64,000 nt of DNA, taken from Chara braunii. Its lineage: Eukaryota > Plantae > Charophyceae. Position numbers and translations under genes: made by a program. Shown here piece after piece: positions 1 to 13,229 of this stretch. The stretch is taken from assembly GCA_003427395.1 (NCBI GenBank), contig BFEA01000032.1, positions 2,706,826 to 2,770,825 on the forward strand. Reading direction: 5' to 3'. The number at the start of each line of letters is the position of its first letter. Position 1 is the stretch's first letter. The notes below the pieces were generated by a model that had not been told where the DNA came from, made no database searches, and was given only the letters and a program-made list of their open reading frames with translations.

Positions 1-1465
1 AGGGATAAAGGAGAGAAGCAGGATCAGAATACCATCCAGACACTTCTAAAGGGGTGGGAATCATCATACCGTCGAACCCACCACCCCGTTTGCATTCCAC
101 CTGTCAACCAAAAAGAAACAGGGCACTCTGCCGCAAAACTAACAAATTGTCGAAGAAGGGTTGTTAGCCAATTAACAACTCCCCCCCTCCCCTCTGCGCC
201 ATTTGCAATTGTCGAGAAGAGCACAGGGGCAGCGGTCATCCTTGCCAGTGATGTCACTTCTATACTTGTTGTTTTCGCGATGACTTACCGTTGTTCTCTC
301 TTGTCAGGGAATAGCTCCTCGTGTGGCTCAAAGGTAGCTGTCTCCACTGCCAGTGGTGTTGGTGTTGTTGTTGAAACGATCGTCGCCGGTTCCTCTATGT
401 CGAATAATGTCACCGTGACTTGCACAACCTCCGTTGTTTTTGTTGTTGTGACAGTTGTCGTTTTCGTCGTTGGTGTTGTTCTTGTTTTCAGACTTGGAAT
501 TCGAAGTACGGGTTCGCCCTTATCGAATGATGTCGCCATGATAGTACGCGCGGGAGCCATCTCCATCATTTTGCTGCCATGACAGTTGTCATTTCCGTAT
601 CTAGCTCCTCTGTGCCATGCGAAATCCCCACGACAAGCGCCAGAGCATCCGCCATTATTATAGTCGAAGATGTTGTCCTCGGTGTTGTTATCGTTATTGA
701 TGATGCACCCTCTCCTGAATAGATGAGCGATGTTGTTATCATTGTTGATGACACACCTTCCCCTGAGTACATGGTGACAAGATTGGAGACCTCAGCCTCC
801 CGCCAGGCTTCAGTCTCCAGCCTCTCCTTGATCGCAACCCTGATCAAAGATTAGGTTGCAGCTCATTATCAGTGCTTCAGCCTGCTGCCAATCAACAAAA
901 GGTTCTAGTGTTGGATCCTCCTCGATCTGCCAGAGCAGGGTTTCCAATTGTTGACACTTATTTTCAAGCCATGCAGTCGGGGCAGACCCCCCCCCCATCT
1001 GCCACCAGCCAGGCCCGAACAATTGAGTACAAGACTCCAACAATCTGCTGCATGCACCGTTGTATATCTTCTATTTCAGACAGCCACACGTTTGCCTGGT
1101 GTCGGAGATCATCTGGTGAAGCTACCGCCTCCTGGCCCACCACTTGTGTTAATCCTTGCGCAAGGACGCCTTCTCCACATTGCCACCGAGATGTCATCAT
1201 CTCGCCCACTCCTTCATTTGCCACGTCAGTCAAGCCCAGTTGACCCATCGCTGGCTGACCTCCTTGCAAACTCCGGTGATGACATCAACACCTTCTGTCT
1301 TCCTCGGTAACTCCGAGGCGTTGGTCTCGAGACCGCCGGGCCCACCGGTCGGTTCGTTCCCCTCGTGCTCACACCTGAAGGACCCGATAGCGCTTAGGTA
1401 CCGCCGCTGCACTTTGAAATGATAGTTCTGGAAATGGGCAGGTCTCGCGGGCCCATCATTTTTTT

Positions 1466-1509
<44 letters not shown>

Positions 1510-2325
1510 GAAACAATCCCTTCAGTGCTAACGACGCTGAGAAGAGCAGACGCCGTTAGCACCTGGGGATAGGCTCCATCTATTGGTGGGGAGCAGCACC
1601 TGCTGGAAAACGGGTCCAGCGTCCCTTATAGATGTGATACAACGGAGAATTTATCAACACAAATTTAGGACAGATCCTGCCAGCATCGATTGCCCTGAAG
1701 AGCAGGGGAGGAACCTCTTCACCCTGATTACGGTGCCAGATCCTAACTATTGCGCACTGGTTCCCCACTCCCTTTACTAGAATTCATAAAGTTCAGGAAA
1801 AGCAAGAAAATTCAGAAAGTGAAACCAATGAGATGCTGGCTGCCAGCATTGACTACCCTAGTAACCTCAGCCCTACTCCTCAAAGCTATTTTGCTGCCAG
1901 TTCGATGTGCCATACTAGAGCAGGGGTGGGGTGTTTAGTGGGGTGTAGTACGGTGCTATTCTGCTTTTTCTTCGGTTCATGACCCTCTACTGACCATACC
2001 ATTGCATTCCTACTAGACAGTTGGAAGGGGGAGGAAAGGGATCAGGGAAGTCTCCGGGAGGCTTGAGGGGAATCTCGGCACCTATCGTGGCCCACTCATA
2101 AAAGATCAGCTTTAAGTTTGTCGGTGTCCTTGCTCCCTGTTGACAATCGTCTGTCTCCCTTGACTCTCCTTTCCACTCCGCCTTCCCGATTTTCCCTCCA
2201 TTCAGTCCGCCCAGCCAGCGTGTGTTGAAATCTTGTATTTTTTGGGTGATGTCCTTCTGTGTTTGTAGTTCCCTAATATGAGTTCTGACTACTTCCCATT
2301 TAGACGGTATTCCTGTCTGAATCTG

Positions 2326-4079
2326 CTAAATCACATTGTCGGTGAATTCCGGCCCTTCAAGTCGCACCCCTTCCATCTCGAAGGTGCAACGCCGTCTCCA
2401 CAGTGCCCAGATGACCGCCCTTCGTCCTAGCTNAAACAGGTTAATAGTAAATTCATCAGGGTGATGCTCTGTTTGTCTACTGGGCCAGGCTTCGCATAAC
2501 AGCGCCTTCCAGTCCCAGGGCCAGGGTGTGCATGTCTCTAGTTGGTCCCATATTCGGTCCCACCATCTCCACAACCATAGCGTGCCCGGGCATTGTAGAA
2601 ATATATGTTCAATTGTTTCAGGGTGTTTTCGGGTCAGGAAGACGTTCATGCACAGCTTGCACCAGGGGAGGGCCAACCCCCTTTGTTCCAGCGTGGTTCG
2701 CTCTATCAGCCAATTGTTAGTTGGCAGGCAGCGGTGCTTCAACTGCCATTGAAGCGATGCTATTTTAGCAGGCTTTACCTTAGCCAGCCGAAACCATTTT
2801 ATTGATCTGATATCGTCTTGATTGATGTTTAGGTGGGATCTCCATCGATCTGCAACCTGATCAAAGAGGTTGGTTTTTGGTCTAAGGAGCCTGTATGTTG
2901 CTTTCATTGTTAATCCATGTAGGGATTTGGGTCTGTTTCTTCCCTTTTTTGATTGGGTTGTCCATCTCCATTCCATCGGATCCAAGGGAAGATGTTGGAT
3001 CGAGGTGGCTGGTTTGAAGGCTATCCATTGCTGGTCCTCATGCATCACCCTCACCCGAATGAGTTCAGCCTTTGGGTGAGCTGTCGGCATTGTGTCGGTA
3101 TTATTTTGGAGAATGTCTCCTTTCCCTATGTTGAACCAGTTGACGGATACAGTTCCGTCTGGCTGTGTGGAGGCGACCCTGCCCACTTCTCCCTTCCTTC
3201 CATGGCTTGCCACCCAGTCATCTTTCTGCAGGGTACGTAAGATTCTTAACCAGTTTATGGGGATTATTTCCACCACCTTTTCTAGGGCTCACTGGGGGTG
3301 GTGACAATAACGCAGCTTTTCCGTAACTGCCCCGCGTCAATCCACTCTCTTTTTTCTGTATCCCATATATCTTATATTCTTGTGATCCCGTTCCTTACCC
3401 AACCTTGCCACGGCGAACCCATGCAGTCGAGGGTTTGGCCATTCGTTTCTGTTATCCATCGATTGCCAAAGAGGGGTTGACGGATAATTTCTTCCCATCT
3501 TTCAGGCGGTGCTTTGTCTGGGAGGGGAAGGTTTCTCAAGGTGTTGAGGAGGTTGGGCCAGAAGGGGTCTTTTGCCAGATCATCTTTGACCATTTGTCTG
3601 GTTGTAGCCAGGTGAGAGTCCCGCTGTCGAGATGCCCTGGGGATGGTCCAGTCCCGGTTTTCCAGCCACATTAAAGGGTCTTTGTCATCCTTTGTTTGGG
3701 GGGCCAGCCTGCAGATTTGCTCCAGGGCCAGTCCCTGCCATGGGGATTCGGTGTTGAAGATTAGCCTCTTAATCCACTGTATTGCTAGTGCTTTTGTTTG
3801 TGTTGAAGGGTCAATAATTCCCAGCCCTCCCTTCGCTTTGGGTTGAATTATGGAGTGTCATGCCACGCGGCTAATTACGTTTTGTTTGTCGTGGGCCCCT
3901 CTCCACAAGAAGGCATTTATCTGGCGTTGAAGAGGGCGTAAGGTCTTTTTATCCAGGGCCCAGATTGCAGATTTATACCACATTGAAGCCAACACCACAT
4001 TGTTGATTATAAGAGAGCGCCCCCACAACGAGGTAGGTTTGTCTTTCCAGAGTGCTAATTTTGCCAATGGGGGGGCCAT
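2326..4079 (-). pseudogene. LINE ORF2 C-terminal region including zf-RVT-type zinc-binding motif (fragmented)
   Basis: SLWGRSLIINNVVLASMWY, LQWQLKHRCLPT, CKLC...ETIEHIFLQCP, IWALWRRR. Confidence 0.85.
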
Positions 4080-4154
4080 GATCCATTCCTGATTGGTGGA
4101 CGGTCTGCCTTCAGCCGTTAGTGAGATGCCTAAGACTCTTATAGGGGCCTCCTT

Positions 4155-6038
4155 CTACAGCCACCTGAGACGCGGTTGTTCCGGGGGTCTCACACCTTGA
4201 TGATGGATCCACCAACCTTGGGTTTTGTGTCCCCAATTCACTTTCATGTCTGACAATAAGCAAAAGCGGTCCATCATCCACTGTATTCCTTCCATGGACT
4301 CTCTACTTGCGTCAACCATCAAAGTGAGGTCGTCAGCAAACATATAACAAACCGGAATTGCTTCATTGGGTATTGCAGACACTTGAATCCTCTTTACGTC
4401 CTTGTGAGTCCTTAAATTGGCTGCCAGTGCTTCCATGACAATCACGAAGAGGTAGGGGGCAATCAGGTCCCCCTGTCTCACTGATCTCTGTAGTTCAATA
4501 GGTGGGGCCAGGTTGTTATTTACCATGACCCTGGTTGCTGCATTCACATGCAGAATTTGTACCCAACGTCGGAAGCCCGGCCCAAAGTTAAGTTTTTCAA
4601 GGCATTTGTCGAGAAAGTACCAGTCTACATGGTCATAGGCTTTTTCAAAGTCAATGAAGATGATTGCTGCATTGTTCTTGGACTGCCTTGTTAATTTGAT
4701 CATCTCATTGACCAGGAGAATGTTGTCCTGGATATTCCTTCCTTGGATAAAACCGGTCTGGCCCGGATGGATAATGTCAGTCATCAATGGTTCCAAACGA
4801 TTAGTCAAGGCTTTGGCCAACAATTTGTAGACTACTGTGAGCAATGTGATTGGCCTATAATTCCTAATATTAGTCTTATCTCCTTTTTTGTAAAGGAGTG
4901 TTAGCACGCCTTGCCCCACAAATTCTCCCATTTGGCCCGTATCCGAGACTTTGTGATAAAAGTCCATAATGTCTTGTGAGAGAATTGGCCACATAGTTTC
5001 CCAGAACTCTTTGGGTAATCTGTCTATACCCGGGGTTTTGTCCTCTTCCATTTGCTTCAGAGCTTCCCAAATTTCTTTTTTTGTTATGGGGTTCTCAAGC
5101 TCGTCTCTTTGCTGGGCCGTGAGGGTTTTTTCCAGTGGAGTCAGGAACTCTTCGATATCCGATTTTCGTTGGTCCCTAGTCTGATTCCCATAAGTGGATG
5201 TGAACAATTCCTGGTAGAAGTCCCTGGCAATTTTTGTGCGTGCGGCCGTGGATGTGACCAGGGGATCTTGAGTAGTTTTGGGGCCTTCCAGAGCTTCTAT
5301 TACTGATCTCCCTAATTTGGCTTTTGCCATTGCGAAGAATTTGGCATCCATTGCGCCTTCCAGGTTATGTTTTGAGAGTTTGCCATGGATTCTGGCGCCC
5401 TGCCATCTGCGTTCCTTGTGCGCTGCCAGTTCCGTTTCTAGTGTTTGGATGGTACTAATTATGTCTCTACCCAGATCGCCTGTGTCATCCTCCTGTTGCT
5501 GGAACTGATGCAGTCGTCGTTGAGTCTCGACCTCGTTAGCATGACGCCGGGCTGCCATCAGCCTTGAGAATTCATTGCACTTGCGGCCCAGGTAAGCCAG
5601 GCCGTTGTTGAACCATAGTATGTCGTCATTTATCTGGTGTCTTAGACTTTGCCAATAGGACCAGACATCTTGCAGGTAATTTTTGAAGTTGTCTATCTTT
5701 AGAAGAGATGTATTAAGTTTATAAAACCCTTTGCCCAGGTCTGGCTTTTTTCTGAAGGAAAAAACAGCAAGACACATGGCATGGTCCAGGCCCGGGACGG
5801 GACAGTGAGGAAAAAATTCTGCTACTTGGAGAGCGCCTTGCAATTCTTCTGAGGCTAGTATCAAGTCTATGCGAGATTTCGATATGCGCTCCACGCCATT
5901 CCTTCGGAGGCAGGTAAAGCGACGGTCCGTGGGGAAGCGCCTCCGGAATGTGTCAAAGAGAGTAAGAGATTGTGAGAGATCCGTGATTATGCGTTCGTCA
6001 TTTTCCATATAAATGGGCAAGGTGTGGGGACTTTCCAT
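4155..6038 (-). pseudogene. LINE ORF2 endonuclease C-terminus plus reverse transcriptase
   Basis: SRIDLIL and LDH (EN end); KTPGIDRLP, NYRPITLL, IDFEKAYDHV, RQGDLIAPYLF, MFADDL (RT); premature stop at 4155. Confidence 0.92.
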
Positions 6039-6576
6039 CTGTCCATCCAGCGGTCGGGAGCCGCATTGAAATCCCCTGCAATGATGACCGGGATCCCAAC
6101 AGGTAATTTAGTTTTAAGTTCTTCGAAAAAATTTTGACGTGCTGCTGGTTCGTTGGGGGAGTATATATTCAGGATGGCGACGACCTCCAGTTCCAGCATC
6201 CCCAGCAGATAGATCCACCTGCCCTCGTGTTGGTCAGCCTCCCAGTTAAGCATTTCGATCTGTGAGTCTGGAGGGATCCATATTGCCACACCCCCACTAC
6301 CTGGTCTCGGGGCATGGGCCCTATAGGCTTGATGTGGCCAGAGCTCTTTATGTTTGTGATTGTGGAGTCCATGAGGAGGGTCTCTTGCAAACACACGATA
6401 TCAGGCCAGTCTTTCCCTCCCACCCCCTTCAGTTGGTCGATAATGACATGCTTCTTGGGGGGACCTGCTGAAGCCAGGCCGTTTACGTTGAGTGATCGCA
6501 AGTCAAGGTCTGCCTGCCTTTTGCAGAGTTTCCAGACCCTGTCTCTACCATAAAGGGCGTCCACCACATTCATCAT
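5987..6576 (-). pseudogene. LINE ORF2 APE-type endonuclease domain (frameshifted)
   Basis: Motifs SLNVNGL and DIVCLQET (6169-6576), then ILNIYSPN and IIAGDFN (5987-6394) in a different frame. Confidence 0.9.
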
Positions 6577-6610
6577 TTCTCCCTCTCTTCTATGTGCGTC
6601 CTAACTAAAT

Positions 6611-7333
6611 TTACAATGGCAGCCACTCCTTTGAATCCAAGATGTTTCCTTTCTGAAGCGTACCATTTTTGAGCAGCTTTACCAGGAAGGTGCAGATCTC
6701 AGTGGCTGACCACAAATCGCCCGTATTTATTTTTAATATTTGGAGGTCCATCAGGGAGTTGTGATCCAGCCAGATAAGGGCATCCGGGCTGGTGTGGTCA
6801 TAGCGCAGGAAAATGTCTTTTGAGGTGAGTCTGTTCGGTTCGTGAGTAAGGACCATAGCCCCAGAGGCTCCCGCCGGGAGATGGTCACGGGTCAGCTGGG
6901 ATCTGTCTGCCTTGCGAAGCACCCAACCACCAGCCCAAGAGGTCAGTGAAAGGAAAACAGACGAGCGGCCGTGAAGGGTGACCTCTCCATGTGTTGCCCC
7001 CTGAGGCGCCGAAAGCCCCACCTCCCAGTGCTCTCCCTTTTTTCTGACGGGGAGAAAAGCAATACCTTTTTCAGTAGGGGAAGGATCACCCGTCGTCAGT
7101 TCCAGCAGGTGGCCGATTTTTTGACGTTTGATGACAAGGCAATCTTCCGGGGGCTTTGGGGGGGGAGTGCTACAAGGGTCAGTCCGTGTTTTCGGAGCGG
7201 GTGTGTTCAAGGAGGCCAGGGCTAGGCATAAGCCCTCCGTCGCAGATACCTCCGTTGCTGTCAGCTCATCTGGTCCGTCCCCCTGGGTCGCTGGGGCTTG
7301 GGACATGTTTTCCTTTTTGTGCTCTGCGGTCAT
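6611..7333 (-). CDS. C-terminal part of probable LINE ORF1
   Basis: 240-aa ORF directly upstream of and co-oriented with ORF2; no recognisable domain. Confidence 0.5.
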   Translation of the reverse strand: MTAEHKKENMSQAPATQGDGPDELTATEVSATEGLCLALASLNTPAPKTRTDPCSTPPPKPPEDCLVIKRQKIGHLLELTTGDPSPTEKGIAFLPVRKKGEHWEVGLSAPQGATHGEVTLHGRSSVFLSLTSWAGGWVLRKADRSQLTRDHLPAGASGAMVLTHEPNRLTSKDIFLRYDHTSPDALIWLDHNSLMDLQILKINTGDLWSATEICTFLVKLLKNGTLQKGNILDSKEWLPL

Positions 7334-8491
7334 GCTCTTTTCCTGTGTTTTGTTGTTATCCTGGGGAGAGTCTTCGGCTCCGTTTATTCCATCCTCTGTG
7401 TCATTGATCCTTCCCAGTTTTTCACAGTCGGCCTGGGGTGAGCTTTCGGCTCCTTCNCCNCCTGCTNCACTCTGAGTTTCCGAGTTGTTGTCTTGCTGCT
7501 GTCGGGCTTCCTTATTTNTACCGTTTCCCCCTGGGTTTTGTGGATTGTTTTCCTTTGGTTGTTTCCCTTTCTCTGAGATCAGGGGGTGGAAGCGAGCGAG
7601 GACAATGTGTAAGATCTTGNNNNNNNNNNNNNNNNNNNNNNNNNNNNNNNNNNNNNNNNNNNNNNNNNNNNNNNNNNNNNNNNNNNNNNNNNNNNNNNNN
7701 NNNNNNNNNNNNNNNNNNNNNNNNNNNNNNNNNNNNNNNNNNNNNNNNNNNNNNNNNNNNNNNNNNNNNNNNNNNNNNNNNNNNNNNNNNNNNNNNNNNN
7801 NNNNNNNNNNNNNNNNNNNNNNNNNNNNNNNNNNNNNNNNNNNNNNNNNNNNNNNNNNNNNNNNNNNNNNNNNNNNNNNNNNNNNNNNNNNNNNNNNNNN
7901 NNNNNNNNNNNNNNNNNNNNNNNNNNNNNNNNNNNNNNNNNNNNNNNNNNNNNNNNNNNNNNNNNNNNNNNNNNNNNNNNNNNNNNNNNNNNNNNNNNNN
8001 NNNNNNNNNNNNNNNNNNNNNNNNNNNNNNNNNNNNNNNNNNNNNNNNNNNNNNNNNNNNNNNNNNNNNNNNNNNNNNNNNNNNNNNNNNNNNNNNNNNN
8101 NNNNNNNNNNNNNNNNNNNNNNNNNNNNNNNNNNNNNNNNNNNNNNNNNNNNNNNNNNNNNNNNNNNNNNNNNNNNNNNNNNNNNNNNNNNNNNCCGTAT
8201 CTGTGGCGCAGGCTCTCCAGCAGCCAGTCTGCCACCTCCTGCAGGCCGTCCTTCTGTGACATTGGGTCCCTCTCCTGGGCCTGTGAGGGATCCTGAGGTG
8301 TTTGGCTTTCGCTGGCATCAGTCATTTCGATATCTGCTGGGGAGGGTGGGGTCGGGGTCCCCGGGACGGTTTCCACTTCCATGGGTTCCAGGCCGAATGC
8401 CCGCTCGAACATGTCCTCCTTCGTGGGCCCATCAGAGTAATTTGAAAATGGAGATGCCCTGGAGCATTTTGCTCTACATTCTGTGAAGTAA

Positions 8492-8960
8492 GTTTTTTTT
8501 TTTTTTTTTTGAAAAGTCCATGGTGTTGTAGAGGCCAGTCACTGAGTACACAGTGATCACCTGGAGCAGTAGGCCGTGGGTGTCCTGGAATATTAGACCA
8601 CCTCCCATCCCATCCTCACGTCAATACTCCTAGCGCACCCCCTATCCCACTATCCTACCGCAGTGTGAGCAGCACTCAGGACCATTACCCTACCAATGGG
8701 CAGGTAACTTGGACCGAACAGCAGTGATAGGCACCAGGGCTGATAGGTTGCCCAGCCCTGGCGGAAGCGGAATCGGACGAACCTTGTCGAACGGAACTTC
8801 GGACGCCAGGCCCAGACAATCTGCTACAGGCCCCAAGAGACTCTAGGCCCTAGGTTTCAGACAGGGTAGCACCCATTGAAGCAGTCTTACCGTCCTTCCC
8901 CTAGCTTACCCAAGGCCAGGCGGAACTCGGACTGGCCTGACCGACCTATACCCCTACCCT
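8492..8960 (-). mobile_element. 5'-truncated poly(A) retroposon tail (LINE 3' end or SINE)
   Basis: Poly(T) 8493-8510. The following ~250 bp is the reverse-complement homolog of 42060-42281. Confidence 0.7.
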
Positions 8961-9032
8961 TACCACAGGGTCTAAGCCTTATATATAGCCACTAGACAGT
9001 TCTATCCAAATATCAGTAGGAACTCCGGTGGC

Positions 9033-9034
<2 letters not shown>

Positions 9035-9064
<30 letters not shown>

Positions 9065-9510
9065 CACAACCCCTGCCAGTGCTAGTGCTGCTGATACGAG
9101 CAGTCACCACTAGCACCCAGTGGCCCATACCTGTCCTTACTGCAGATACTAGACCCCACCCAGTGACTAGACCCCCCCAGTCTGATAGTTGTGTAGATCG
9201 CAATGTATGTGGATACCCGAAGGCTGTGTATGTTCCGTGTATCTATGTATCAAGATGTTCAGACAGCACTGTGTGTGGAACTTGTGTATGTAGCCCGTAG
9301 GTCATGTAGAATTCACAAGCTATGTATATGCCCAAAGGCTGTGTGTGCTCTGTGAATCAATGTATCGAGATGTATAGGCAGCATCATGTGTCTATATCGA
9401 AGAGAGAACGGGGTAAGCTGGACAAGGACCCCCCCAACGTCCGAACCAAGCTCGAACCCGTGACCTTGTAACATGTAATCGAACGACTCTACCATGTGAA
9501 CGACTAGTGG
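9035..9510 (-). mobile_element. Probable tRNA-derived SINE
   Basis: Minus-strand head 9510-9441 reads CCACTAGTCGTTCACATGGTAGAG...GGTCACGGGTTCGAGC (A- and B-box-like). Poly(A) tail at 9035-9059. May be composite. Confidence 0.55.
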
Positions 9511-10499
9511 AAATGGCACGAACGTGTGATATGCCAGACTGGGGAGATCAACAGAACACCCAAGACCAACACCCCCAAGCAACCAATGTGAAACCCAGAA
9601 CCACACCGATAGTCGCATGCTGGTATCTATCATCATCATCATCATCATCATCATCATGCTGATTCTGATTATCATGGCGGATACGACTACGAAATCATAA
9701 TCTTCATGGAGTGATGGTCAACTCAACCATAAGACAGATAGAATTCAATTTGTTGGAATTGATGATTCGCTCACTGAACTGGTGCGCTCTTTTCTGATTT
9801 ATTCGAATCGAAATATAGATTCTGCTGCTTGTCACACAGACCTTCTCATCACTGTGCCAAGGAAGTATGTCTGACGACTGACGCTTGTCAGTGCTCGTGA
9901 CCCTTTGGCTCGTCTTCTCCTCCCCAGTCTACTACCATGCCCACTGCCAAGCCACATGACCACCACCAACATTTGAATGGTGCAACCAGCTCCAATGACA
10001 GCTGTGATTCCTTTCCACTACAACACAACCTCAAGTGAGCAAAGAGTGAGGAGGAGGTGGCGCCATGCTTCTGGACCGGATGGGGAACCAACAGAGCGAT
10101 GGGGAGAGGAGAAGGGGGGTGAAGGAGGAGGAAGAGGAGGAAGAGGAGGAAGAGGAGGAAGAGGAGGAAGAGGAGGAAGAGGAGGAGGGGGAGGCCACAC
10201 GCATGGCACCAGTCTCCTGTGCCTGATGGGCCAGCAAGAGAGCACGGGAAGTAGGAGGAGGAGGATCATAACGATGACAAGGACAAGGAGAACAGTGAGG
10301 AACAGAGATTGAAGTGGGCTGTCATAAATCCAATGCACCCGCGGTTGAGAAAAAAAGAAACAGGTGTGCATCCATGTAAGAAATGCGCTGGCAGAAAACC
10401 ATAATGTTAGCAGCCACATACTGAGTTCGCTTGTTATGCAACTGGCTCGCCAGTTGACTACCCAGCATGGGCTCAACCAGCCTCAAGCCTGTGGGGTGG

Positions 10500-10990
10500 G
10501 CAGTCGGCCGAGGCCACCATGCCAGTCACATGATGATACTTATCTTCAACGTCAAGCCCGCACAGGCCTTCATGGCTACCGTCTCCACCCAAATAAAACG
10601 CCCAGTCATTATAGCTGTATTTGGGGCAACTTTCAGTCTAGATACAGAGATATTTACCGGGCATTCTACTCGGGTGAATACGGTAGTAGGGAGGCGGTCA
10701 CGCTGGCCAATCGGAAGCATCCAACAGCTAAGAGGCCCCAGTCTCATCCCGCTTGAAGAGATGAGACCACCAGTACATGGGCCCAGGCAACTTGCGAAAA
10801 CTAGAGAGCCTCTCCCAAGAGTTTGGAGGCTCAGGGAAACCGGATCAGAACGGGTGGCAGCGCCAACCAAATCGAAAACGAAAACGCCGCGCTGGCGTTT
10901 CAGCAAAGCTTGGCGTGCAGGGGGAAGCCACCAGCCTAGGATGTACGGGTCGTTTAAGGATCATGTGGATAGGATTTCGTTTAGGCACTG
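10500..10990 (+). pseudogene. Possible decayed Ty3-type aspartic protease fragment
   Basis: AQAFMATVST resembles a degenerate AFxDTGST motif, and VTLANRK occurs in a neighbouring frame; weak. Confidence 0.25.
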
Positions 10991-11196
10991 ACAGAGATAT
11001 AAAACTGTTATAAAGAACATATGTTCTTTTCTAAAATCGAAAGACAACATTCCCCACAACAACCTTCCCTCCACTATGTCTATCCCTCTTAATGATTTCG
11101 ATGCAGGGGCGAATCAGGTAGGCACCCTTGCCTCGCCCCTATCTACACTGAGACAGAACTGACCCAGTGATGGAAACTATGTAATAATTTCCATAT

Positions 11197-11289
11197 GGGA
11201 CGCTGGGCCCGGTTCCCAGCACGTGCTGCTCCCCACAAATAGATCGGAGCCTTGTTCCCATTAAAAAAAAGAAAAAAAAGAAAAAAAAA
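11197..11289 (+). mobile_element. Short LINE-3'-end insertion with poly(A)
   Basis: GGGACGCTGGGCCCGGTTCCCAGCACGTGCTGCTCCCCACAAATAGATCGGAGC followed by an A-rich tail; homologous to the LINE 3' UTR at 1572-1625. Confidence 0.75.
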
Positions 11290-12143
11290 CAATGCCTGAG
11301 TCCCTGAAGCTCACCCCTTCCTTCAAGGGACATCTTCAGCGTGTGGGCCCATAAGTACCCCACAACATAGGCCTTGTTGTGATTGCGCGGCCCAGCCCCA
11401 ACCCTTAGACTCAACACCATGTTCCCCCCAACAGAACGCAGGGTCATCATGTCCACATCTCACCTGAAATTGGGCTTAGCACAGATAGAGTATGGCCCCA
11501 TATCCTCTTTTTTTTTCAGTAATAAGTAAGACCTTGTGATCTTAGCTTTATTGGCAATGATGATAATGTTCTGCATGCCATATCTGTCCCTGGCAGTGTT
11601 GACGCCTCATCATCCCATGTTCTATACTTTCAAACACAAGAATGGAATAATTAAGAAGAAGATGATGTAAAAAAAAAAAAAGAAAAAAAAAAAAAGAAGA
11701 AGAAGAAGAAGATGATGTGAGTTTTACTATCACGGCGTCATCAACTCCTCCCCAACACCCCTTGATCTGACATCATCAAGGAACTCCACCATTCTACTCA
11801 AACGCCACTCGGTTGGGGCCACAATGACAGCATTCATGTCTCTCTGCCAGAGTACATGTGATGTGCCTGTAGCCTGTGTTTGATAACTCCACTCCCAAAT
11901 GACAATGCGACACAGGCTATGGAGTACATTACACCCACCATAAGTTGCAGGAAATCAACCGAAGCTCCAAACGGGAGATCAGTCTGGTTGTGCTCCTCGT
12001 TCGAAAACGATACCTCTCCAAGCTTCCTCATGTAGCTGCAAGAAAGGAAACAATTATGGCCATTCGTTCAGGAAGATGGCAATGGGCTTAAAGTCCGTTG
12101 GTTTAGAACTTTCGACCTTGCAATTGCTTCAGAGTGCATACCA

Positions 12144-12900
12144 TTTTATTTTATTTTTTTTTGGGGGGGGCGGGGCAAATCTCCAATCTGTTCATGAGGA
12201 GCAGCACGTGCTGGGAACCGGGCCCAGCGTCCCATATGAAATTACAAGCACTGCAATACCGGGACCGATACACGGCTTCACCTGAGAGAATCTGAGAACA
12301 AACCAAGAAATTTTAGAAAACCTGAGTAAACTGCCAGCATGTTAAAACCAGCTACTCATGAGAGAACCTCTAGCTGCAAAAATTAAGAAACCATCCTCCC
12401 ACTTCCCTACAACCCCCCTGCTCTTCATCATCTTCCGACGAGCCGACCTCCTCCACCACATAGTTCGGAAGATAAAAACAGTAGGCAAGCAACCTCACCG
12501 AATCCCATAATGGTTAAAAGCAGACTTCAACTGTTCATCTTCCTTCGACAAGTTGACCTCCTCCACCATATAGTTCGAAGAAGAAGAATAGAAGTAGTCC
12601 ACCCAGTCGCAAAGTAGAACACATTTGAAATTCCGGGGCCATTACCCGGCTTCGGCTAAGAGGCCAATCAAGCAATCTCCAATCCTTTTTTTGAGCAGAG
12701 TACTCTTTTTTTAGAGAAATCACAATTGCCCACTATAGCTCAAAAGAGCTACGAGAACTACAAGAAGAAGTTAGCAAACCCAAAACAAGGCTAAGAAGTC
12801 GCTCAACAAGACAGCGGGACCTGCCTCAGAAGACTCCCATCTGTTAGGCTACACGGTGGAACGACCCATCTCGGCTCCGACCGGCATTGCCTTGATAACA
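12144..12900 (-). mobile_element. Decayed 5'-truncated LINE fragment
   Basis: T-rich tail 12144-12162 and the shared 3' motif at 12180-12236; IWWRR-like residues upstream on the minus strand. Upstream boundary uncertain. Confidence 0.45.
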
Positions 12901-13229
12901 GCCCTGAATAGCCACAGAACCACCTTCCCCCCTCGGCGATTCCCTAGACCTCTTACCAGGCCTCACGAGCCCTCATCCTGTTCGAGTTACAGGGCAGCAT
13001 GACCAAACCCACAGCTCCGACCAGCATCGTTCTAGCTCGGCCATTCGAAAGCCGAAGAGTGCAATGGTGTCAGCACAACGACAAACGAACCTCCCAGCTT
13101 CTCACATTCCCAATTGCGGTTTGCTAGCATTGAGTCGAGTTATAAAACCATGAAACTTATGAGATGACTGGCCCGAATAAAAAACCCATGGTGACTCCTC
13201 AATCCCCTTACTCCCCTCCAGCAAGACTT

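Larger units (their letters stand above)
1460..8480 (-). mobile_element. L1/Tx1-like LINE retrotransposon, disabled by stops and frameshifts, with poly(A) tail; 5' part crosses an assembly gap
   Basis: Poly(T) on + at 1460-1505 is the tail. Minus-strand ORF fragments carry APE endonuclease, RT and C-terminal zinc-binding motifs in the canonical order, with an ORF1-like region upstream (6611-7333 and beyond). Confidence 0.9.

Noticed and set aside
250-1430. Fragmented minus-strand ORFs, possibly a decayed gag-like region
   Set aside because: No diagnostic motif; the same applies to fragments at 34000-36100 and 56600-58150.
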